From a virus (Duplodnaviria > Caudoviricetes), in IMG/VR virus record IMGVR_UViG_3300025108_000058, positions 1 through 56,849 of that record: a stretch of DNA of 56,849 nucleotides; one strand, 5' to 3'. The position numbers were made by a program, and so were the translations under genes. Shown piece after piece: positions 18,719-28,468 of the stretch. A model generated the notes under the pieces. The model did no database searches, had not been told where the DNA came from, and saw only the letters and a program-made list of their open reading frames with translations. Numbering within the stretch: the first letter of the stretch is position 1; each line of letters opens with the position of its first letter.

Positions 18719-19177
18719 TTATGGTGGATCTACGTGAGTCGTAGTAAAGTGTGCATAATATACGTCATGATCTGCTGCAGTATCGTCTGTTAGAGTAACG
18801 TTTGCATTAGTACTTATTGAATCCCCACTACCACTAGCAGCTGTTCTCCATGAATCGAATACATAAGGGTAAGAAGTAGTAGCTGATAAAGCTATTGATG
18901 TGTTTGTGATATTTATGTTTTTAACCGTAATAGTTTTTGTTGCAGAAACTGTATAGGGAGCAGTGATAGCAACATTACCACCATGTCCTCCTACGACTGA
19001 GCCATAGAACATACTACTGTTCTGTAAGAACGAAGCAGCGTAACTTCCTGATTGATCGGGTATAAATTCTGAATATGCTGTAGATGCAGAAACATTGTTA
19101 TTATCTGCAAGTGCATTAGACCAACTACTAAAAGTTTGAAATTCTACATTATTAGCTCCGTACGTAAATCTAGCCAT
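18719..19177 (-). CDS. Putative virion structural protein (InlB B-repeat-like C-terminus)
   Basis: Ser/Thr/Ala-rich; YVFDSWRTAASGSG...VYYAHF resembles Listeria-Bacteroides repeat. Confidence 0.45.
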   Translation of the reverse strand: MARFTYGANNVEFQTFSSWSNALADNNNVSASTAYSEFIPDQSGSYAASFLQNSSMFYGSVVGGHGGNVAITAPYTVSATKTITVKNINITNTSIALSATTSYPYVFDSWRTAASGSGDSISTNANVTLTDDTAADHDVYYAHFTTTHVDPP

Positions 19178-19178
19178 G

Positions 19179-19727
19179 TTATACTTTTTGTATTAATTCT
19201 TCGGAAAAAAATGTTGTGAGGTATTGTTTAAGTCTATCATATACGTATCCATATACATCATCAAAAGCTTTTAAGTCTATAACTGATCTTGTTTCTTTAA
19301 ATGAGCCTACTTGCACTTTTTTCGGTTTTACTACTGTTCTATATTTCAATATTTCCTCTCCATCTGCATCAAAGCTCACAAAAGGAACTTCTACCTCTAC
19401 CATTTGTTCCTCAAATCGAGGTGTTTCTACTTCCTGAACTTTACTAACAATTACTTTTTCAAATTGCGAAAGTATAAGTTCTTTCCCTTCACTTGTCGGT
19501 GTATCAAAATAAATAATATTATTCTGAATTAAACCTTTCATTCCTCTTACCTCTTCGTCTAAATAAACTCGGTTGTGCCTAACAGCATGACTTCTGTCTA
19601 CCCAGTAGGTAATTTGAAAACTAAGTTGTGCATTTACCTTATTAAAAGTAAATCCTTCAACCCTTACATACAACTCTTGCGTCGGTCCGAGATTAGTCTC
19701 GAAGTCCGCATTAATAATAAAACCCAT
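19179..19727 (-). CDS. Hypothetical protein (possible fibre assembly factor)
   Basis: 182-aa ORF directly downstream of the S74 fibre gene. Confidence 0.6.
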   Translation of the reverse strand: MGFIINADFETNLGPTQELYVRVEGFTFNKVNAQLSFQITYWVDRSHAVRHNRVYLDEEVRGMKGLIQNNIIYFDTPTSEGKELILSQFEKVIVSKVQEVETPRFEEQMVEVEVPFVSFDADGEEILKYRTVVKPKKVQVGSFKETRSVIDLKAFDDVYGYVYDRLKQYLTTFFSEELIQKV

Positions 19728-19742
19728 TTAGTATAACTATAT

Positions 19743-21548
19743 TTATTTATTTTCGAGCTCTTTTACTTTAGCAGAAAGCTCTTTAACTGCTTCTATCAAT
19801 ACTGCTGTTAGTTTTTCATATTTAACAGCTTTATATCCATTATCTCTATTTTCAACTATTTCTGGAAGTACTTTTTCTACATCTTGTGCTATAACTCCTA
19901 TATCATGTCCTTCGTATACTTCTTGTTTATCATTCCAATCGAATTCTACTCCTCTTAAACTTTCTACTTTATCTAAAGCATTAGGTATATTCGATACATT
20001 GTCTTTTAATCTTTCATCTGAAGAATAGAATGCTACAATATCATTTGCTGCTCTAATTACACCAGATGTACCAGGTGCTGCTGTATCTACTCCAATACTA
20101 TCGAATCTTACATCACTAGTTGTTGCAACTGCTTGTCCAATCGCTATGTCGTTTGCATTAACTGTTACTCCTGTACCTGCTCCGATGTTAAATGTTCTAT
20201 CAGATCCTAGAGTACCTCCTCCTGTTAGTCCTGCTCCTGCTGTTAAATCTACTGCTGCTAAAGCGTAAGAAGCTGTTGCTGCATTTATTGCTTCAAATCT
20301 CACATTACCTGAACCTGATATTTGAGCAGCTGTTAGTCCTTTTATTAATGCTAAAGCAGTTACTTCACTATCCATTAAAGCTCCTGCTGCTGTAACATTT
20401 GTAGTATCTGTTACGTCTGCACTTGATTCAATTCCGTCTAATTTAGTTCCATCTGCATCAACATCTCTTCCGTCTACTGTTCCTGTTGTAATAATATTAC
20501 CTGCTATTCTTACAGGTGCATCAAAATTAAATCTTGAATTAGCATGATTCCAAGTCATAGCTTTGTCAGCGCCATCTATCGTTATACCAGCTCCATCTGC
20601 TGCAGCACTATCGGCTGCTCCAGAAGCAATTAAAATATTTTTATCTTCTACATTTAAAGAAGCTACTTGTAATTCTGTTTTAGTACCTAACACATTTAAG
20701 TTACCGTTTATAGTAACATCATTAGTAATTGCTAATCCGCTAAATGTAGGAGTATCTCCTGATTGTAGTCCTGAATCAACATCTGTATTTACTCCATTAG
20801 TAGCAAGTCTAACTGTACCTTGAGAAGGAGAACTAAGAACTGATGCTGAAACAATACCAGCTCCTGATTTTAACGCATATGATGCTGTTGCAGCATTTAT
20901 TGCTTCGAATCTTACATTACCTGAACCTGATATCTGTGCTGCAGTTAAGCCCTTAATTAATGCTAGCGCTGATACTTCTGAATCCATTAATGCTCCAGCA
21001 GCAGTTACATTTGTAGTATCCGTTACATCGGCTGAGGCTTCTATTGCATCTAGCTTTGTTTTATCTCCATCTGCAAAAGCACCTTCCGATGGTTTTACTT
21101 GTAATGTAGATATTGTTACACCTTTAATACCTGCAAGGTCAGTAACTTCTGAATCCATCACGGCTCCAGCTGATGTTACATTTGCAGTGTCTGTTACATC
21201 TGCACTTGCTTCAATTGCATTTAGCTTTGTATGATCTGCGTCTGTAAATACGTTAGAGTCAGAAGCAGCTTCTACTGCTGCTCTAATCTGTGCATCTGTC
21301 TGGTCTGCTGTAGCACTAGCCTCTATTGCGTCTAATTTAGACTTAAGAGTGTTAGTGAAATTATTCTGAGTTAGTGCACCGTCACCAACACCAATTTGAG
21401 CAGAAGAAGATATTAACGTTGGTTTACCTGTTATGTTTGCAAACGCAACCTGGTCAGCTGTTATATCTCCATCAAAGGAGCCAACAAACGATCCTGAAAA
21501 GGAACCGGTCGCTATTGCATTAGTCATTAAGGGGCTATCTATTCTCAT
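19743..21548 (-). CDS. Fibre protein with C-terminal peptidase S74 intramolecular chaperone
   Basis: SSDERLKDNV...WND...IGVIAQDVEKVLPE...KAVKYEKL..VLIEAVKEL; four KL(D/N)(A/G)IE(A/S)SA repeats. Confidence 0.88.
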   Translation of the reverse strand: MRIDSPLMTNAIATGSFSGSFVGSFDGDITADQVAFANITGKPTLISSSAQIGVGDGALTQNNFTNTLKSKLDAIEASATADQTDAQIRAAVEAASDSNVFTDADHTKLNAIEASADVTDTANVTSAGAVMDSEVTDLAGIKGVTISTLQVKPSEGAFADGDKTKLDAIEASADVTDTTNVTAAGALMDSEVSALALIKGLTAAQISGSGNVRFEAINAATASYALKSGAGIVSASVLSSPSQGTVRLATNGVNTDVDSGLQSGDTPTFSGLAITNDVTINGNLNVLGTKTELQVASLNVEDKNILIASGAADSAAADGAGITIDGADKAMTWNHANSRFNFDAPVRIAGNIITTGTVDGRDVDADGTKLDGIESSADVTDTTNVTAAGALMDSEVTALALIKGLTAAQISGSGNVRFEAINAATASYALAAVDLTAGAGLTGGGTLGSDRTFNIGAGTGVTVNANDIAIGQAVATTSDVRFDSIGVDTAAPGTSGVIRAANDIVAFYSSDERLKDNVSNIPNALDKVESLRGVEFDWNDKQEVYEGHDIGVIAQDVEKVLPEIVENRDNGYKAVKYEKLTAVLIEAVKELSAKVKELENK

Positions 21549-21567
21549 TGTGTATACTTTAATTTAT

Positions 21568-21575
21568 TATAAATA
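21568..21575 (-). promoter_or_regulatory. Putative late promoter TATTTATA
   Basis: Recurrent intergenic 8-mer upstream of 21548 start. Confidence 0.6.
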
Positions 21576-21593
21576 TAGGTTTTTATACATTAT

Positions 21594-22367
21594 TTACTTT
21601 TTGACTATAACCTTTCCGGTAAAACTGGAATCAAATTCTAACTGCACTTCATTTGATGAAGATGCAGAGATTAATCCCGGTAGTACTTGTAATTTATTTG
21701 AGTCATATATTTGCACTATTGGATAGTCTTCACCTAAGTTATGTGTTATAGTGTAGGCTGTATTCCCAGTAATACTTTCCTCGTATCTTGTAAGTAATTC
21801 TATTTGTGCAGATCCAGATAAAACACCTGTTCCGGATAGTACAGCTGATCCAGATGCTAGGTGACCTCCTTTTGCAACAACCACTCTTCCTGATGTAGAT
21901 GAATCAAAAGCTAAATCTACTCTGTTAACGGTTGCTGTAGTTATAGAGGAGGGTATAATTAGTTGATCACTATCATTATAGACTGATACTATTACATCTT
22001 TAGTACTAAAATTATGAGTAACTTGTTTTGAAGTTACATTAGTAAAGGTATCTGATACTGTTGCGTTTTCTACTACAGTAGTTGTAACGTTAGTTAATCC
22101 AGAGCCATCTCCGACAAATGCAGTCCCTGTAACACTACCTGTAATGTTAACTGAACCTGTAAAATAATGATTGTCTGATAACTCATCTCCAAATTTGTTA
22201 GAGCCTGAGGTAAATAGTATAGATTGAGAAACTATATTGGTAGTAAGTTTGTTTGCTACTATATCACCAGATACTACTAATGCAGATGCTGTTATAGCGT
22301 TCTCGACATAGAGATTGTTTAAATTAGCAGATGATCCGCTTAATATAATTTTTTTCCAGTTTGGCAT
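21594..22367 (-). CDS. Putative fibre/virion decoration protein
   Basis: N-terminal WKKIILSGS shared with upstream fibres; two THN(F/L)...V.(V/I)Y(N/D) beta domains; SGS-rich. Confidence 0.65.
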   Translation of the reverse strand: MPNWKKIILSGSSANLNNLYVENAITASALVVSGDIVANKLTTNIVSQSILFTSGSNKFGDELSDNHYFTGSVNITGSVTGTAFVGDGSGLTNVTTTVVENATVSDTFTNVTSKQVTHNFSTKDVIVSVYNDSDQLIIPSSITTATVNRVDLAFDSSTSGRVVVAKGGHLASGSAVLSGTGVLSGSAQIELLTRYEESITGNTAYTITHNLGEDYPIVQIYDSNKLQVLPGLISASSSNEVQLEFDSSFTGKVIVKK

Positions 22368-22373
22368 ACCTCT

Positions 22374-22424
22374 TACTATGGTTGGTTACTCTTTCGAGCC
22401 CACTTCCCTTTCGGGCCAATAATA
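22374..22424 (-). ncRNA. Candidate structured cis-regulatory RNA (three-way junction with two GAAA tetraloops)
   Basis: Minus strand UAUUAUUGG-CCC GAAA GGG-AAGUGG-GCUC GAAA GAGU-AA-CCAACCAUAGUA; GC-rich island in an AT-rich spacer between promoter and ATG. Confidence 0.6.
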
Positions 22425-22432
22425 CATTTATA

Positions 22433-22440
22433 TATAAATA
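22433..22440 (-). promoter_or_regulatory. Putative late promoter TATTTATA
   Basis: Recurrent 8-mer, immediately upstream of the structured leader of 21594..22367. Confidence 0.6.
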
Positions 22441-22468
22441 TAAGGGAAAAAAGATTAATATCCTACTA

Positions 22469-22699
22469 TTATTCGGAATTAGCTAGTTTTGTAAGTTTAG
22501 CCATAATCTGATAGAATTGTTCAAACTCTGCTCCGGTGTAGTTTGCCTGTCTTAGTTTATTTACTAGAAAAGCAGCTTCGGTGGGACTAAAAAGGGAAGA
22601 ATGCTTCCTTTGTTTTTTTACTTCCTTAGGAAGCGGCTCCTCTTTATTGTCTTTTAATTTACTGTGTCTCAAAATTCCCATTAAAAACCTTTTTAACAT
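22469..22699 (-). CDS. Small hypothetical protein
   Basis: 76-aa ORF; true start may be MGIL at 22681. Confidence 0.6.
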   Translation of the reverse strand: MLKRFLMGILRHSKLKDNKEEPLPKEVKKQRKHSSLFSPTEAAFLVNKLRQANYTGAEFEQFYQIMAKLTKLANSE

Positions 22700-22705
22700 T
22701 TTTCA

Positions 22706-25477
22706 TTAGCTATAAATCCATATACTTTCATCTGACTCATTTATGTGAGTAGTACCTGTTCCTTGGAACGTTGGTGCTGAAGATGGATTACTATTAGATG
22801 TTTCTATATTTCCTATCTTAGACTCTACTGATGCACTAACTGCTGATTGTTTAACATCCTGTGCAAATCCGAATACGTTAGAAGGACTATCCCAGAATAT
22901 ACCTGAACCAGTGTTAGCATTATTAGTACCGTCTCCTGATGGATCTGATCCTCCAAATATAATACCTACATCTCCTCCAGTACTACCTGAGTTAAGTAGA
23001 ATCATTCTATCTTCTACATTCAAGTTAGTTACTTGTGCTTCGAATGTATTACCTGTTACTGTTAAATCCCCAGATACTGTCAAGTTAGTAAATTGAGGTG
23101 AATCGCCTGCTTGTAAACCTAAGTCTACATCTGTATTCACACCATTTATAGCTAATCTTGCTGTACCTTGTGATGGTGAAGAAAGAACTGATGCTGATAT
23201 TAATGTTGGTTTGTTAGTAATATCATCAAAGTCTGTTGATATACTGTCTATTCTTGCTCCTAGAGCATTACTAGCTGAAACGAATGATCCTGATATGTCT
23301 GCTGCTAATTGAGCTGATCCTGATACCACATCGTTTGCGATGCTAATAGTTATTTCATTATCTGATACTGTAGTAGTAATTGAATTGTCTCCTGTGAACG
23401 TTAAAGTCTCACCAGTAGTGTACGTATCGTTAGTTCCACTATCGGCTGATAATGTTATAGTACTTGTAATATTGTCGATTCTTGTACCTAAAGCATTACT
23501 TGCTGATACATAAGAACCAGAAATACCTGCTGCAGTTAGTGCTTTAACAGTTGCTATTTCTGCTAGTTCTGAATCCATTAAGGCTCCGGCAGCGGTTACG
23601 TTTGCTGTATCTGTTACGTCGGCTGATGCTTCTATTGCATTTAATTTAGAATGATCTGCATCTGTAAAGACATTAGAATCTGTTGCTGCTTCTACAGCTG
23701 TTCTAATCTCTGCATCTGTTTGATCTCCAGTAGCACCATCTTCAACATTTAAAAATGTTCTAACATCTGATGCTGATCCTGATATTACATTATCTCCAGT
23801 TGTATTAAGGAAAGCTCCATCTATTTGTGCTGAAGAAGATATAACTCCCTCTGCACTAAGCTTAGCTTTAACACCGTCTGTGAAAGTACTAGATGCTGTA
23901 GCTAATTCAATATTATCTGCATTAGCAACGATACCGTTATTTGCTGATACTACATTAAATGTTCTATTTGATGCTAAAGTTCCTCCACCTGTTAAACCTG
24001 TTCCTGCTGTAAAGTCTACAGCTTCTAAAGTATCTACTGCTCCTTCTGCTGTTCTTAGGTCAGATGCTAGAGAAGCACTTGCTGCAACAAATGAACCTGA
24101 TATATCTGCTGCTATTTGAGTTGAACCTGAAAGTAATCCTTGTCCTTTTAGGAAGGCTACGTCTACTTCCGATCCTGATTGTCCTCCAATCCATTTATTG
24201 TTAGTTCCGTCCCATAGTAAAGAACCTGATTTAGGACCATTTGCATCATTTATATGTAAACCTCCTAATGCAGCTCCTGTTCCGTTTAGAGCTACGATAT
24301 TATCTCCTATATCTAAAGTAGTTGAATCTATAGTCGTAGTAGTCCCTTGAACTTCTAAATCACCAGATAAAGTAAGGTTTGTAAATGTTGGAGAGTCTCC
24401 TGCTTGTAAGCCTAGATCTACATCTGTGTTAACACCGTTGAGTGCTAATCTTGCTGTACCTTGAGAAGGTGAGCTTAATACCGATGCAGAAACGATTCCT
24501 AATCCTAATTTAGTTGCGTAAGAAGAAGTAGCTGCATTTAAAGCTTCAAATCTAACATTACCGGATCCTGATATATCTGCTGCTATTTGAGCAGAAGAGG
24601 AAATTGTTCCGTCTGCAACAACTCCTGTTAATCCTGATCCATCTCCTTGAAAAGAACCAGAGAATCCAGACCCAGATACTGTTGTGAATATATTGTTTCC
24701 AACGAATGTATTTGAACCAGTGCTAGCAAAACCTAAGTTAACTAACTTATCATCTAATCCAGATATATTATCTGCTGATATAGATCCTGATACAATATGA
24801 CCACCTCTAGCGGCAACTATATACCCTGAAGTGCTTGAATCGAATGTTACTACTGCTCTGTTAGTTGTACTTAAAGTAACACTGGCAGGAATAATTTGTA
24901 CATTACTGTCGTTATATACTACTACATTAACGTTTCTAGAGTCGAAGTTGTGATCTAAATTAACTGATGTTTGATTCGTAAAGTCACTTTTTACTGTAGC
25001 AGCTTGAGAAACTGTAATATTAGTTAAATTTGATCCATTCCCTTCAAAAGACCCTGAGAATGCTGATCCTGATACTATACCTGCTCCTAAATCTACTATT
25101 GCAGCGGCTGATAAAGATCCTGATATATCTGCTGCTAATTGAGCTGAACCAGAAACTACATCATCTGCTATACTAATTGATATCTTGTTATCACTAACTG
25201 TCGTTGTTATAGAATTATCACCTTCAAAAGTTAAAGTTTCTCCAGTTGTGTATGTATCATTAGTACCTGAATCGGCAGATAATGTTATAGTACTCGTGAT
25301 ATTATCTATTCTCGTTCCTAAAGCGGTACTTGCTGAAACAAAAGAGCCAGAAACGTCGGCTGCTATTTGAGCTGAGGATGATAAGGCGCCTTGGAAGACA
25401 CCTGTTATATTTCCATCAACTGCTAATGAACTAAGTTCACCTTGTGATCCACTAAAGAGTATTTTTTTCCAGGCCAT
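22706..25477 (-). CDS. Long fibre protein with shuffled repeat modules
   Basis: MAWKKILFSGS start; modules shared with 25501..27774 and 19743..21548; S/G/A/T-rich. Confidence 0.75.
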   Translation of the reverse strand: MAWKKILFSGSQGELSSLAVDGNITGVFQGALSSSAQIAADVSGSFVSASTALGTRIDNITSTITLSADSGTNDTYTTGETLTFEGDNSITTTVSDNKISISIADDVVSGSAQLAADISGSLSAAAIVDLGAGIVSGSAFSGSFEGNGSNLTNITVSQAATVKSDFTNQTSVNLDHNFDSRNVNVVVYNDSNVQIIPASVTLSTTNRAVVTFDSSTSGYIVAARGGHIVSGSISADNISGLDDKLVNLGFASTGSNTFVGNNIFTTVSGSGFSGSFQGDGSGLTGVVADGTISSSAQIAADISGSGNVRFEALNAATSSYATKLGLGIVSASVLSSPSQGTARLALNGVNTDVDLGLQAGDSPTFTNLTLSGDLEVQGTTTTIDSTTLDIGDNIVALNGTGAALGGLHINDANGPKSGSLLWDGTNNKWIGGQSGSEVDVAFLKGQGLLSGSTQIAADISGSFVAASASLASDLRTAEGAVDTLEAVDFTAGTGLTGGGTLASNRTFNVVSANNGIVANADNIELATASSTFTDGVKAKLSAEGVISSSAQIDGAFLNTTGDNVISGSASDVRTFLNVEDGATGDQTDAEIRTAVEAATDSNVFTDADHSKLNAIEASADVTDTANVTAAGALMDSELAEIATVKALTAAGISGSYVSASNALGTRIDNITSTITLSADSGTNDTYTTGETLTFTGDNSITTTVSDNEITISIANDVVSGSAQLAADISGSFVSASNALGARIDSISTDFDDITNKPTLISASVLSSPSQGTARLAINGVNTDVDLGLQAGDSPQFTNLTVSGDLTVTGNTFEAQVTNLNVEDRMILLNSGSTGGDVGIIFGGSDPSGDGTNNANTGSGIFWDSPSNVFGFAQDVKQSAVSASVESKIGNIETSNSNPSSAPTFQGTGTTHINESDESIWIYS

Positions 25478-25500
25478 CTATTATTTTATTATAATTATTA

Positions 25501-27774
25501 TTATTCTACGTATATGAATACATCTCCACTTCCGTCTACGAAAATGTTTCCGTCTTTTTGGTAATTTGCATCGTCATTTGCTAATGCTACAGCTGCTATT
25601 CTTGCATCTGCTGCAACTACATCTGTATTAGCATTTGCTCCAGCGTAGTCTAATGACCATCTGTTTGCTGTATCATCAAAGAATAATGCTGTTCCTTCTC
25701 CATTTGAAGAAGAATTTTGTGCTATTATACCTGAGTTACCAGAAGCTGATCCAGAATTAAGTAAGATAAATTTATCTTCTATATTTAAATCAGTTGAATT
25801 TATATTTGTTACTGTTCCATTTACATTTAAGTCTCCTGTTAGAGTTAAAGAAGCAAATGTTGGTGAGTCGCCAGTTTGTAAACCAGAATCTACATCCGTA
25901 TTAACACCGTTTGTAGCAAGTCTAACCGTACCCTGTGAAGGTGAACTTAATACCGATGCTGATACTATAGATGATCCTAGTACAGTTGCATATGAAGAAG
26001 TCGCTGCGTTTAAAGCTTCAAATCTAACATCGCCTGAACCAGATATCTGTGCTGCAGTTAACCCTTTAATTAAGGCTAATGCTGTTACTTCAGAATCCAT
26101 TAAAGCACCGGCTGCTGTTACATTAGTAGTGTCTGTTACATCTGCACTAGCTTCTATTGCGTCTAATTTAGTCTTGTCTCCATCTGCAAAAGCTCCTTCA
26201 GAAGGTTTAGCTTGTAAAGTAGAGATTGTTACTCCTTTAATACCGGCTAAATCCGTTACTTCTGAATCCATTAAGGCTCCAGCGGCTGTTACATTAGCTG
26301 TATCAGTTACATCTGCAGAAGCTTCGATTGCATTCAGTTTAGAATGATCTGCATCTGTAAATGTATTTGAGTCAGTTCCTGCTTCTACTAGTGCAACTAC
26401 TTGAGCTGATCCTGATACAACACCGTTGGCAATACTAATTGCAATTTGGTTATCAGATACTGTAGTAGTAATTGAATTATCTCCTGTGAAGGTTAAAGTT
26501 TCTCCAGTTGTATATGTATCATTGGTTCCACTGTCAGCAGATAATGTAATAGTACTAGTAATATTGTCTATTCTACTTCCTAATGCATTACTTGCAGAAA
26601 CAAACGATCCGCTTATATCTGTTGCAATTTGACCTGAACCTGAAAGTAATCCTTGTCCTTTTAAGAAAGCGACATCAACTTCAGATCCTGATTGACCTCC
26701 AATCCATTTGTTATTTGTTCCGTCCCATAAAAGTGAACCTGATTTAGGTCCGTTAGCATCGTTAATATGTAAACCACCTAAAGCGGCTCCTGTACCATTT
26801 AATGCTACTATATTGTCTCCTATATCTACTGTAGTAGAATTAATAGTTGTTGTAGTACCTTGTACTTCTAAATCTCCTGTAAGAGTTAATCCTACGAATG
26901 TTGGTGAAGCACCTGTTACTAAACTTTGATTTAATGCTTTAACATCTGCAATGCTAGTTAATTCACTATCCATTAATGCTCCTGCAGCAGTTACGTTAGT
27001 CGTATCTGTTACATCTGCACTAGCCTCTATAGCATTTAATTTACTATGATCTGCATCAGTGAATACATTTGAGTCAGTAGCTGCTTCAACAGCTGCTCTT
27101 ATTTCTGCATCTGTCTGGTCTGCAGTAGCACTTGCTTCAATAGCATTTAATTTGCTATGATCTGCATCTGTAAATGTATTTGAATCTGTTCCGGCTTCAA
27201 CTAAAGCAACTACTTGAGCTGATCCAGATACTAAATTAGCACCGAGATTTACTATTGCTGCTGCTGATAAAGATCCTGATATGTCTGCTGCTATTTGAGC
27301 AGAACCAGATAATACATTATCTCCTGTTGTATTTAAAAAGTCTCCGTCTATTTGTGCTGATGAGGATATAACTCCTTCTGCACTTAATTTAGCTTTTACT
27401 CCATCAGTAAATGTACTTGATGCAGTAGCTAGTTCGATATTGTCTGCGTTAGCGACTATACCGTTATTTGCGGATGCTACGTTAAGAGTTCTATTAGCTG
27501 CTAAAGTTCCGCCTCCAGTTAAACCTGTTCCAGCTATTACTTGTGTACCTAATATAGATCCTGTCTGTGTGTTTAATGATTCTATTCTTGTGCTTAAACT
27601 TCCGGTTTCGGTATTTAAAGCTTCAAACCTTACATTACCGGAGCCAGAAATATCGGCAGCCAATTGTGCGGAGGATGAAACAATAGATTGCGCGGTAGAA
27701 GTTAAGTAGTTTGCATCGTTATTTAACGCGGATATTGCTGATCCGGATACGATGACTTTTTTCCAACTTGCCAT
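25501..27774 (-). CDS. Long fibre protein with shuffled repeat modules
   Basis: MASWKKVIVSGS start; four KL(N/D)AIEASA repeats; C-terminal IEDKFILLNSGS...VFIYVE like that of 22706..25477. Confidence 0.75.
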   Translation of the reverse strand: MASWKKVIVSGSAISALNNDANYLTSTAQSIVSSSAQLAADISGSGNVRFEALNTETGSLSTRIESLNTQTGSILGTQVIAGTGLTGGGTLAANRTLNVASANNGIVANADNIELATASSTFTDGVKAKLSAEGVISSSAQIDGDFLNTTGDNVLSGSAQIAADISGSLSAAAIVNLGANLVSGSAQVVALVEAGTDSNTFTDADHSKLNAIEASATADQTDAEIRAAVEAATDSNVFTDADHSKLNAIEASADVTDTTNVTAAGALMDSELTSIADVKALNQSLVTGASPTFVGLTLTGDLEVQGTTTTINSTTVDIGDNIVALNGTGAALGGLHINDANGPKSGSLLWDGTNNKWIGGQSGSEVDVAFLKGQGLLSGSGQIATDISGSFVSASNALGSRIDNITSTITLSADSGTNDTYTTGETLTFTGDNSITTTVSDNQIAISIANGVVSGSAQVVALVEAGTDSNTFTDADHSKLNAIEASADVTDTANVTAAGALMDSEVTDLAGIKGVTISTLQAKPSEGAFADGDKTKLDAIEASADVTDTTNVTAAGALMDSEVTALALIKGLTAAQISGSGDVRFEALNAATSSYATVLGSSIVSASVLSSPSQGTVRLATNGVNTDVDSGLQTGDSPTFASLTLTGDLNVNGTVTNINSTDLNIEDKFILLNSGSASGNSGIIAQNSSSNGEGTALFFDDTANRWSLDYAGANANTDVVAADARIAAVALANDDANYQKDGNIFVDGSGDVFIYVE

Positions 27775-27804
27775 AATGTAATTTTATTGTTAGTAGTGTT
27801 CTTA

Positions 27805-27812
27805 TATAAATA
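27805..27812 (-). promoter_or_regulatory. Putative late promoter TATTTATA
   Basis: Recurrent 8-mer upstream of 27774 start. Confidence 0.6.
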
Positions 27813-27823
27813 TGTTAAAAGTA

Positions 27824-28465
27824 TTATTCCTGACCTATATAAAGATCATAATTTGTATCTAAGTATAATCCACCTGCTACTGCAGTTGGGGTTGTTGATT
27901 GACTTACAAGTTGAAGGACTCCCTGTTGGTTAACACTTACAGTTTTAACTGAACCACTAAACACAGATAATACGTCTCCAGATTCTGAAGCATTTAGTTT
28001 TAAACCGCCGGTAATATGTAATGTATTGGTAGTAGAAAAATATGAACCAGTTTGTTTAAAGACTGCTAAATCTAAAGAACCGGACATAAACTGTACTGAG
28101 CCAGTATCTAAAGATAGTGTTGCTGCACCTGATGTTGCTCCACCGCTCAATCCTGATCCTGCTACTACTGATGTTATATCAGCTCCTTCTCCAGCTGTTG
28201 ATGGAAAATTAAATTCAGCAAATGAAGCTGAATTAGAAAATCCTGAATATCCTGGAGTAACAAAAGCTTCAAAAAAGTTACATACATAAGTTTGATCTTC
28301 TGATCTTACGTATACTACTTGACCATCTGATAATCTAGTGGGATCTAAGCTAGTCATGTTTGAACCAGAAGCAACAGTAATCCATCCTCCTTGAACATAA
28401 GTAACTTGAGTAAATGCTCCCGCATTCCCCGACCTTACATAAATATCTCCTGCTGTTATTGCCAT
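27824..28465 (-). CDS. Putative virion structural protein
   Basis: S/G/T-rich; VAGSGLSGGATSG motif as in fibres; TPTAVAGGLY C-terminus. Confidence 0.6.
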   Translation of the reverse strand: MAITAGDIYVRSGNAGAFTQVTYVQGGWITVASGSNMTSLDPTRLSDGQVVYVRSEDQTYVCNFFEAFVTPGYSGFSNSASFAEFNFPSTAGEGADITSVVAGSGLSGGATSGAATLSLDTGSVQFMSGSLDLAVFKQTGSYFSTTNTLHITGGLKLNASESGDVLSVFSGSVKTVSVNQQGVLQLVSQSTTPTAVAGGLYLDTNYDLYIGQE

Positions 28466-28468
28466 CTA

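Noticed and set aside
22374-22424. GAAA hairpins as a terminator, tRNA or hammerhead ribozyme
   Set aside because: No U-tract, no cloverleaf or TTC loop, no CUGAnGA core; kept instead as an unknown structured RNA
19743-27774. Repeats in fibre genes as a CRISPR array or DGR template/variable repeats
   Set aside because: Repeats are in-frame coding modules differing mostly at synonymous sites; no repeat-spacer periodicity, no adenine-specific variation, no reverse transcriptase in the window
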